From the NCBI GenBank assembly GCA_913052655.1, contig CAJXFN010000001.1:1-32944 (forward strand): a stretch of 32,944 bases of DNA, read 5' to 3'. Shown here one piece after another: positions 8,617 through 16,900 of this stretch (the first letter of the stretch is position 1; the number at the start of each line of letters is the position of its first letter). Made by a program: the position numbers and the translations under genes. This stretch comes from an uncultured Flavobacteriales bacterium (GTDB taxonomy: Bacteria > Bacteroidota > Bacteroidia > Flavobacteriales > BACL11). The notes beneath the pieces are model-generated. The model saw only the letters and a list, made by a program, of their open reading frames with translations. It was not told the DNA's origin and did no database searches.

Positions 8617-8624
8617 CAAATTTA
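8617..8624 (-). promoter_or_regulatory. Candidate Bacteroidota -7 promoter box (TAAATTTG) for the giant gene
   Basis: The plus strand reads caaattta, which is TAAATTTG on the minus strand and matches TAnnTTTG exactly. It is the only exact match on the minus strand between 8423 and 8769. It implies a 5' leader of about 185-190 nt containing the hairpin and the terminator-like element. Confidence 0.35.
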
Positions 8625-8769
8625 AGAAAAATATTCCATTAAAAATCGAAAAATCGAAAAAAAATGGACTTTATTAACATTTAAATATTGAAAACTCTGA
8701 AACTACCCCTTTCTTTCATGAATTTTAACGAAAAGGTAAATATAAAGTTACATTAAATAGAAAAAGTTC

Positions 8770-11700
8770 TTATTGAACAATAATCTTTTCATGATATTGA
8801 TCCAATTCGGATTTAAATACTACTGTATAAATTCCTTTTGAATAATTTGATAGATCAACGTTATATACAAACTGATCGTGATGCAAATCTATTTCTAAAA
8901 CTAATTCTCCTAGCAAATTATATATATTTAGCGAACTGTTTTCACTTAATTGATCATCAATTGATATTGTAAATTTACCTCTAGATGGATTAGGAAACAA
9001 GTCAAATATTTTATTGATATTATTATTTGATTCCCTAATGTTGGAAGGTGTTGAGAAAAACACAGGCCCATCCCAAGCTGGTGAGCGATACGCTCCTCCC
9101 GTAGAATTACACCACGTTCTGTAAATTAATCGATAAGAAGTATTTGGAACTAAACCGTTCTTTTGCTTACATAACAAAGGAGAAAACACTCCAGAACCAC
9201 CAATATTATAATAAGTAGAACCTACAGAATCAATCCTATACTTAAAACGAACAAAAGAATAGCTATATACAGAATCCCAACAAACCTCAACTTTAGTAGA
9301 TGAAAGTGAATTTACAGACACATTAATCATATTAACACAAGAATCTTTAGTGGAGAATGTATCTAAAGCATGCCAATTAACAACACCTGAGTTACAGTAC
9401 CATATCTTAAATTCATATTCGTAAAGAGTAGATGGAGTAAGATTTAAAACTGTTTTACTAATATTAGATGTATTACATCCACTACCAACTGGAACTCCCA
9501 TAGTTTTAGTTTGCCATGAGGAACTTCCTAAAGATCTATATCGAATTCTTATTTGATCTACTTGACAATTAGAATTATTCATATTGTTCCAATTAAAGGT
9601 TGCTCGATCATGTATAATATTACTTACATAGATCCCTGTCACTTCTCCACAGTTTATTGGATACTGACAAGATCCATCATCAATACAAGCAGAAGGATTA
9701 TAGTTTAAAGCAGTAGAATCTATACATCCTACCACCCCAAAACAACTCCCGTCATCCATGTTAGCTAGGGGATTGTAGTTACATGAAACTGGATCTGTAC
9801 ATCCGTAAATGTAATACAAACAAGAACTATCATCCGAATTTGCAGCTGCATAGTAATTTAACGCTAATGAATCTGTACATCCATAAATATAAGGCTGACA
9901 ACTACCATCATCTGTGTTAGCAAGTGAATCAAAATTATAAGCTGTTGAATCAGTACAACCTAACAGAGGATAAATACAGCTTCCATCATCTATCAATACT
10001 GTTGGATCATAATTTATTGCGTTAGAATCTGTACATCCATAAATTGAATAGATACAACTTCCATCATCTACATTCGCTCCTAAATAATAATTAAGAGCTA
10101 GAGGATCTGTACATCCGTACATAATAGAAACACAACTTAAATCTGGACAAGTCGCACTACTATCATAATTAAATGCAGTGCTATCCATACACCCATAAAC
10201 ACAATAAAGGCAACTTCCATCGTCTGTATTTGCATTTGGATCAAAATTTATTGCAACAGAATCTGTACAGCCATAAATGTTTGGTAAGATCATAGAAATA
10301 TTAATATCATCCAAATCAATTCTCCACATATTAGCAGGACTAATTGCATGCCAACCTATGTAATAAATTCCATCAGAAGGAACACTAAAACTAACAAATG
10401 TAGAATCGTAAGAAATATTAATAATATTATTCATCTGTAATAGAACATTTGTAAGAGAAGAAGCTTGTTGACTGGTTCCAATACAAACATTCATTTGCTC
10501 AGGATAGGCTGCAGAAGCAACTCTATATTTAAATCCTAAAGTATATGTTTTATTAGATTCTAACTCAAAACATTGAGAAATCAACCAATCATCTGCTGAA
10601 GTTGTTCCGTTAAAATTATAATTATAAAACACACCATAAGACTGATTAAAACCTGTGTATTGATTAATATTCCATGTATAAGAATCATTATTAGCATCTT
10701 CAATTTTCCATCCACTAAAATCATGAAAAGGTTCAAATCCCATTTCGTAATCTGAACTATAAAAATCGTGTAAATAGTTTGTAAATACTGATGAGGCAGT
10801 ATCGTTACCAATATTTAAATCAAGTGAATGGGATGTGAATGCATTTAAGGTGTACACACCACCGCTACTGACATTAACAGTATTAGAAAAAGTATATATA
10901 ATACTATCTCCAGGAGGAACGTTAGTAAACACACTATCAGTATAGACCTGACCATTCCAATCAAAAGATACTACAAAATTGGAAGCATCAATAACATTAA
11001 AATTAGTAATCATGACAACTACTTGTTCAGCAGAATCCAAAACACATGAATTAGATGGAGATATTATTGAGGATACTCCAACATCTATACTAAACTCTTC
11101 AATTTCAATAGTATCTATGGCTGTACAACCATTTACATCTATCACCTCAACAATATAAAATCCTGATTCTAATCCAAAAACATCCTGAATATTTGATGTA
11201 AATAAATTAGGACCTGACCAATTATATGAAAGTGGAAATACTCCACCATTAATAGTAATGTCTATACTACCATCAAAAGCATTTGCCATACTTTCTGGAA
11301 CTACTACAGAACTAATACTCAAAGGAGAAGCGTAATCTACAACTTGAAGATTAGTTAAAGTGTCCTTACACAAATTAGAATCTGTAACTATTACAGAATA
11401 AGTACCTACTGATACATTAGTCAAATCTTGAGAATAAGAACCATCACTCCAGTCAAAACTATAAGGACCTACACCACCATTAATATTTAAATTAATATTA
11501 CCATTAGAAGAAACACAATTTGCAGGAACAATATTAGCATTAGCAGACATAGAACAATTTATACTCCAACTAATATCTAATAAATAATCCGCAGAATCAG
11601 AACAAGGTAAGCATGAATATGCAGAAGGAGTTACAAGCAACCAATATGTTCCTGGAGGAATAGTCTGTTGTAAACTAAAGCTATCACACTGTGTGATAAA

Positions 11701-13551
11701 ATCTGAATCTAATATGTTTTGTGTGCCACATCCAGAATTTCCATCTAACAAATAAATATAATAAGGCACCTCTGAAATTGAATGTAAAGTTAAATCACTA
11801 CTATCCGATAAAATAATTTCGTACCAATCTGTATCTCTATAATTGTTCTCCGCAAAAAATGTTCCGTGAACGACAGTATTATTTGACAATGGAGTATAAT
11901 TAGACACAGGTGGATCAATAGTATAATTTACATACGCATTACCATCAGGACCTCCACTAGTAGTTATAGAATAAGTACCTGCAACATAAGGAGTTGGTAT
12001 TACATAAGACCCTATAAAGTCATCCGCACCTAACAAACTAAATGTTCCGTCATCATCATCATACACTCCGAAATCATAAGTATAGGTTAAACCTGTTGTA
12101 GAAGGAGTTGTAAAAATTGAATTAGACTTTAATTCTAAAGGATTTGTAATACTTGGGTTAGCAAACATAGAATAACTTAACGGTTGAGCGGGTGTCTGAC
12201 CATATGAATTAGGACACCATGTATCTAAGTAATAATCTGTGTAGTGATAGAATACATTATTTTCTTGCATGTAGATATAAAAATCAGGAGAAAAATCTGG
12301 ACCTATATTTACATATCCATTAATCGGCCATCCTACATAAGTTATACTCGCTCCAAAAGACCAAGGATCCTCAATTCCAGTTATAGTAAAATTGGAAAGT
12401 TTAAAATTATCATCACAACCGTTATTTACATCAGAACCACATGACTCTCCTTCAGAAATTGCATTACTGGGAATACTAATCTGACACATAGGATTACAAC
12501 TTCCTATTCCACAATGTTCCTGTGCAAAAGTAAAACTACTACCATTTGCTACATTTACTCCATTATAATCAACATTATAAGATCCATTTCCCCAGCCACA
12601 ACAAATTCCATCTCCATAGGAATCTAATATTGTAAAAGTATAACAGTTTGTATCTGGAACACATAAAGACCAAGTTAAAATAGAATTAGCATCAGAACTT
12701 GTTAAAGGTACATTTGTCCATCCTCCCCCATATTGATCCATTAAAAACCAAGAGGTTTCTGTTGGATAATCATCTGTATTAATTGTTATAATAATTTCAG
12801 TCTCTCCAATAGCACAATTAGAAGATGAACAGGAACCAATTGATGAAGTAGTTTCTGAGCTTAGAAATGAACCTCCAGAAGCTATTTGCGAACCTCCGTA
12901 ATTAACAAAATAAGATCCACTTCCCCAACCACAACAAATTCCATCTCCATAGGTGTCTAATATTGTAAAAGTATAACAATTTGTATCTGGAACACAGATA
13001 CTCCAAGTATATGTAGTATTAGATTGAGTCAAATCTCCAGGACTTATAAACCAACCTCCTCCATTTTGATCTACTAATTGCCATGATGTTTCCAAAGGAT
13101 AATTATCTGTAGTTATACTTATAAAGAACTCTTGTTCGTTTGCAGCACAACTAGATGGAGGCAACTGACAACCACCTATATTGTAGGTGGTTTCAGAACT
13201 TTGAAATGAACCTCCAGTAGCTACAGTAATTCCATCTACTAATACAGAATAAGATCCATTACCATAACCACAACAAATTCCATCACCCCAAGTATCACTT
13301 ATTGTGAATACATAACAGTTAGTATCTGGAACACAGTAAGTATAAGTATATGTAGTATTCGATTGTGTTAAACCTCCAGGATTAATAAACCAACCTCCTC
13401 CATTTTGATCTGTTAGACTCCAAGAAGTTTCTGATGGATAATTATCTGTAGTAATAACTACAGATATCTCTACTTCATTTGAAGCACATTGAGAAAGTGC
13501 TTGAAAAGAAATAAAAAACAATGAAATAAAGGCAATAATCTTATTCCTCAT
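8770..13551 (-). CDS. 1593-aa secreted multidomain surface protein with T9SS type-A C-terminal sorting domain
   Basis: ORF track. Signal peptide MRNKIIAFISLFFISFQALSQ|C. Domain order: three GDGICCG modules; a PPC-like region (DTDWYEIILSDSSDLTLHS...YIYLLDG); two SprB/HYR-like repeats (NINGGVGPYSFDWSDGS..., TINGGVFPLSYNWSGPN...); a choice-of-anchor-J/cleaved-adhesin-like domain (GFEPFHDFSGWKIEDANNDSYTWN...ADDWLISQCFEL); 8 DDGSC linkers; an FN3-like tail; a CTD ending in ...IIVQ. Confidence 0.95.
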   Translation of the reverse strand: MRNKIIAFISLFFISFQALSQCASNEVEISVVITTDNYPSETSWSLTDQNGGGWFINPGGLTQSNTTYTYTYCVPDTNCYVFTISDTWGDGICCGYGNGSYSVLVDGITVATGGSFQSSETTYNIGGCQLPPSSCAANEQEFFISITTDNYPLETSWQLVDQNGGGWFISPGDLTQSNTTYTWSICVPDTNCYTFTILDTYGDGICCGWGSGSYFVNYGGSQIASGGSFLSSETTSSIGSCSSSNCAIGETEIIITINTDDYPTETSWFLMDQYGGGWTNVPLTSSDANSILTWSLCVPDTNCYTFTILDSYGDGICCGWGNGSYNVDYNGVNVANGSSFTFAQEHCGIGSCNPMCQISIPSNAISEGESCGSDVNNGCDDNFKLSNFTITGIEDPWSFGASITYVGWPINGYVNIGPDFSPDFYIYMQENNVFYHYTDYYLDTWCPNSYGQTPAQPLSYSMFANPSITNPLELKSNSIFTTPSTTGLTYTYDFGVYDDDDGTFSLLGADDFIGSYVIPTPYVAGTYSITTSGGPDGNAYVNYTIDPPVSNYTPLSNNTVVHGTFFAENNYRDTDWYEIILSDSSDLTLHSISEVPYYIYLLDGNSGCGTQNILDSDFITQCDSFSLQQTIPPGTYWLLVTPSAYSCLPCSDSADYLLDISWSINCSMSANANIVPANCVSSNGNINLNINGGVGPYSFDWSDGSYSQDLTNVSVGTYSVIVTDSNLCKDTLTNLQVVDYASPLSISSVVVPESMANAFDGSIDITINGGVFPLSYNWSGPNLFTSNIQDVFGLESGFYIVEVIDVNGCTAIDTIEIEEFSIDVGVSSIISPSNSCVLDSAEQVVVMITNFNVIDASNFVVSFDWNGQVYTDSVFTNVPPGDSIIYTFSNTVNVSSGGVYTLNAFTSHSLDLNIGNDTASSVFTNYLHDFYSSDYEMGFEPFHDFSGWKIEDANNDSYTWNINQYTGFNQSYGVFYNYNFNGTTSADDWLISQCFELESNKTYTLGFKYRVASAAYPEQMNVCIGTSQQASSLTNVLLQMNNIINISYDSTFVSFSVPSDGIYYIGWHAISPANMWRIDLDDINISMILPNIYGCTDSVAINFDPNANTDDGSCLYCVYGCMDSTAFNYDSSATCPDLSCVSIMYGCTDPLALNYYLGANVDDGSCIYSIYGCTDSNAINYDPTVLIDDGSCIYPLLGCTDSTAYNFDSLANTDDGSCQPYIYGCTDSLALNYYAAANSDDSSCLYYIYGCTDPVSCNYNPLANMDDGSCFGVVGCIDSTALNYNPSACIDDGSCQYPINCGEVTGIYVSNIIHDRATFNWNNMNNSNCQVDQIRIRYRSLGSSSWQTKTMGVPVGSGCNTSNISKTVLNLTPSTLYEYEFKIWYCNSGVVNWHALDTFSTKDSCVNMINVSVNSLSSTKVEVCWDSVYSYSFVRFKYRIDSVGSTYYNIGGSGVFSPLLCKQKNGLVPNTSYRLIYRTWCNSTGGAYRSPAWDGPVFFSTPSNIRESNNNINKIFDLFPNPSRGKFTISIDDQLSENSSLNIYNLLGELVLEIDLHHDQFVYNVDLSNYSKGIYTVVFKSELDQYHEKIIVQ
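8773..9012 (-). other. T9SS (Por) type-A C-terminal sorting domain of the 1593-aa protein
   Basis: IFDLFPNPSRGKFTISIDD...LNIYNLLGELVLEIDL...VDLSNYSKGIYTVVFKSE...KIIVQ. It matches the usual pattern: PNP..g.f.i, i.i.n..G..v, l..l..G.Y.v. Confidence 0.85.
9661..10272 (-). repeat. Eight tandem GCTD...DDGSC linker repeats (coding)
   Basis: GCTDSVAINFDPNANTDDGSCLY, GCMDSTAFNYDSSATCPDLSCVS, GCTDPLALNYYLGANVDDGSCIY, GCTDSNAINYDPTVLIDDGSCIY, GCTDSTAYNFDSLANTDDGSCQP, GCTDSLALNYYAAANSDDSSCLY, GCTDPVSCNYNPLANMDDGSCFG, GCIDSTALNYNPSACIDDGSCQY. Confidence 0.9.
12487..13488 (-). repeat. Three tandem ~111-aa modules with the motif D[ST][YW]GDGICCG[YW]G.GSY (coding)
   Basis: These are aa 22-134, 135-245 and 246-355 of the 1593-aa protein. 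Each begins CA..E.E and contains TTD.YP.ETSW.L.DQ.GGGW, C(V)PDTNCY.FTI.D.[YW]GDGICCG. Copies 2 and 3 share long near-identical nucleotide runs, for example around 12600-12670 versus 12935-13005. Confidence 0.9.
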
Positions 13552-13816
13552 CCCTTTTTTTATTAATGTTATATTTTGATTTCTTCAGCTTCTTTTCTTT
13601 GAGTGGCTTCTTTTTTTCAATCAACTTATTATTAGATGAATGGGAGATTATAGATACAGGAATCGCCTTCACCTTTTTTGAAACTGGAGTAACTTTTATC
13701 CCATATACAATTTGGTTTTTTGCTCTTTTCTCTAATATTTTAGTTGATTGAGACAACACATTTTTCGATAGAAAGAGAAACAAGACAATTAATAATATCG
13801 TATATGTTTTATTCAT
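13541..13816 (-). CDS. Small (91 aa) secreted Lys-rich hypothetical protein, overlapping the start of the 1593-aa gene by 11 nt
   Basis: ORF track. N-terminus MNKTYTILLIVLFLFLSKNVLSQ|S resembles a signal peptide. The remainder is strongly basic (KKKPLKEKKLKKSKYNINKKR). An exact TAnnTTTG box lies 26 nt upstream of its ATG. I recognise no homology, so coding status is uncertain. Confidence 0.45.
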   Translation of the reverse strand: MNKTYTILLIVLFLFLSKNVLSQSTKILEKRAKNQIVYGIKVTPVSKKVKAIPVSIISHSSNNKLIEKKKPLKEKKLKKSKYNINKKRDEE

Positions 13817-13842
13817 AAATCTTAATTTTTAATTTAAGAAGA

Positions 13843-13850
13843 CAAATATA
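13843..13850 (-). promoter_or_regulatory. Bacteroidota -7 box TATATTTG (minus strand) for the 91-aa ORF / 1593-aa gene
   Basis: The plus strand reads caaatata, which is TATATTTG on the minus strand and matches TAnnTTTG exactly. It lies 26 nt upstream of the ATG at 13816. Confidence 0.45.
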
Positions 13851-13917
13851 ATAATTTCAATTACAAATAACAAATTACTTAGAGATCACGATATTAGTAA
13901 AGAAGTAAGTATTTTAT

Positions 13918-13925
13918 TATATTTG
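13918..13925 (+). promoter_or_regulatory. Bacteroidota -7 box TATATTTG (plus strand) for the 2197-aa gene
   Basis: tatatttg matches TAnnTTTG exactly and lies 31 nt upstream of the ATG at 13957. The octamer is identical to the divergent box at 13843-13850. Confidence 0.45.
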
Positions 13926-13956
13926 CCAATTATAGATAAAAAACAAGTCGAATAAT

Positions 13957-16900
13957 ATGAAAAAATCTTTACTTTCTTTAATAATTATATTTAGTGGAAT
14001 TTTAAGCTTTGCTCAACATCCTACAAACCTTATTTCTTCCAATATCACATCTAATTCAGCTGACTTAGACTGGGATGACGCTGTGTGTTCAGGTAATGTT
14101 AATTTTAAGTATAGAGTAACTGGATCTGGATCTAACTGGATTCAAACAAATAATGTAACGTCTATATACTCGTTGAGCGGTCTAAGTCCAAATACTTCAT
14201 ATGATTGGACAGTAAAATGTGTAGGGAATAGTGGATGGGCTAATAACGCTACTTTTATTACATCAAATAATTGTAATTTGACATCTTCTGTATCTGTTAC
14301 AGACGCTTCATGTAATAATACTTTGGATGGATCTGCTACATTATCAGTAAGTAATGGATTTTCACCTTACATATTTAATTGGGACAATGGAACAACTACA
14401 CAAAATTTAAACGGAGTAAGTTCAGGAACCTATGTTGTTCAAATAAGCGATAACTCGGGATGTACAACATCAGACACAGCTATAATTGGATCTATTGGAA
14501 CCCAGTCAATAAATCAACAACTAACACAATTCTCACCTAATCCCATTACAGCTTACCACCAATGGTCTTATGACACTTTGAGAATAACCAATACTGGATG
14601 TGATGTTAGAATTCGTCCAGAATTTACAATTAACTGTTCTAATGGACCTATCCAACAAGGAGATATTGTATTAAAATGGCAAAACCCATTAGGATTTAAT
14701 CAAAATATAAATTACAATATTGACGCTAACGGAAACGCATATGGGTTTTGGAGCTTCACTTCTGGTGATTCATCTGGAACTGACGTTACTTTCGGTCAAA
14801 TTCAAGATGTAGTAATTCAAGTTAAGTTTGTTAATCCTGCTCAATTTGGTACTTACAGCGCTACTTGGGAGACATATAAAGTAGATAATTTGGGCAACAA
14901 ACTTGGTTTATTAGCTGGACCAAACACGGTTTCACTAACTTTAATTGATTGTTCTTCTTTAACAATTGATGGTTTTAGCTCGACAAATCCAAATTGTGTT
15001 GGCGGTACTGATGGAACAATAAATATAAACAACATTTCTAATGGAAGTGGAAACTTTTCTTTTAATTGGTCTAATGGAAGCTCACAAGCCAATATCAGTG
15101 GTCTGAGCGCAGGGACCTATACTTTAACAGTTACAGATAATAATACTGGCTGTATAGCTGTAGATTCTGTTACTATTACAGATCCCTCTCCATTATCTGG
15201 AACCCTAACAGGTACAAATATTACATGTAATGGACTATCGGATGGTACTTTATCAGCGATTGCAAGTGGAGGGTCTTCTGTATATAAATATACATGGAAT
15301 CCATCTATAGGACAAAATGCAAACATAAACAATCTTTCTGCTGGCACTTATGATTTAACAATAATTGATTTGGTTTGCAACAATAATATATCCGGTTTGT
15401 CATTTACAATAACAGAGCCAGATTTATTAACATCCACTAGTTTTAACTCAAACAATACTTCATGTGACACTTCAATTTGTAATGGTACATTTGGAATAAT
15501 ACTATCTGGAGGAACAACACCTTATACTTACACTTGGACCAATGGAGACACAGTTAATTCTCAAAGCAATTTATGTGCTGGTAGTTTTTCTATAACTGCA
15601 ACTGACGCAAATTCATGTAATATATTTACAGAAAATGTTATAGTATATGATAGTTCATTTACTCCATCTACATTATTAACATCCACAAATATTAGTTGTT
15701 TTGGATTGAATGATGGTAATGCAGAAGCAATAATTTCTAGTGGAAGTAATACTTCTGGAGGAAACATATCTACACTTGCTTATTGTTCATCTAGCCCAGG
15801 ATCGAATTTATACAATACAATTGACGTGGTGAATTTAAATGGAGATGGAGACGCTATTAATAATAATACATCTGGTAGCTGCGATACATACGAAGATTAT
15901 TCATCACAATACACGACCCTAAGTCCAGGAACTACATATACTCTAAGTATTGACTTGGGGACATGTAATTCTGGAAATTTTTTCTATCCTGATAGTACGG
16001 GCGTATTTATTGACTGGAACATCGATGGTGATTTCGATGACATTAATGAGAAAATCGGTGTTTTCTATAGTGACATACCTACCACTCATAATATCAATAT
16101 AACTGTTCCAAATATTGCATACGGTCCTACAAGAATGAGAATTGTATCTCAGATTCAAAGTACTAATCCATCATTTCCTAGTAGCCCTGTAAATCCTTGC
16201 TTAGTAGGGACTTATGGTCAAAATGGAACATATATACAACCATGGTTTGGAACAACTGAAGATTATTCTTTAGTAATTAATGGTACAATTCCCGCTACCT
16301 ATCTTTGGAACACAGGAGATACAACATCTTCTATTTCTAATCTTATAGCAGGAACATACTATTGCGAAGTAACCGATACGAATAACTGTACATCAATAGA
16401 TACTGTAACAATTGTTGAACCTTCATTAATATCTAGTTCAGAAAATATAACAAATGTAAGTTGTAATGGTCTTTTAGATGGAAGCGCTATACTCACAATC
16501 TCTGGAGGAACACCTGGATACACAGCAGATTGGGGGACTAATAATCCTAACGCATTATCGGCTGGAACTTACAACTATTCTATTACAGACACAAATGGTT
16601 GTAACTATAATGATTCTATAACTATTACAGAACCTAATGAACTTAGTATAAATTCTATAACAACAAATGTTCTTTGCAATGGAGACACTACAGGATCTAT
16701 TGATATTACAATTAGTGGAGGTGTAAGTTCTTACTCTTTCTTGTGGAGTAACGGAATTACAACTGAAGATTTATCAAATGCTCTAGCAGGAACATATTAT
16801 CTTCAAGTAACAGACGCAAACTCTTGTATATTATTAGACACATTTGTTATTACAGAGCCATCTTTTATCACTGTTTTTTCTACAACCACCGACGCTACTT

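Noticed and set aside
8641-8664. Short tandem AAAAATCG AAAAATCG AAAAAAAA
   Set aside because: It has only two copies in an A-rich low-complexity spacer, which is too little to call a regulatory repeat.
9661-10272. Regular ~75-nt periodic repeats that could suggest a CRISPR array or non-coding tandem repeat (also at 911-1207)
   Set aside because: The units are degenerate at the DNA level and contiguous, with no unique spacers. They stay in frame within long ORFs and encode the conserved GCTD...DDGSC peptide.
10581-10811. 76-aa minus-strand ORF inside the 1593-aa gene
   Set aside because: It is an alternative frame of a well-supported long CDS, with a low-complexity product and no start context.
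12244-12444. 66-aa plus-strand ORF
   Set aside because: It is antisense to the 1593-aa CDS and is a typical AT-rich shadow ORF.
13566-13751. 61-aa plus-strand ORF (MLYFDFFSFF...)
   Set aside because: It is antisense to the 91-aa Lys-rich ORF. The Phe-rich sequence is simply the complement of the Lys (AAA/AAG) codons, and no promoter box precedes it.
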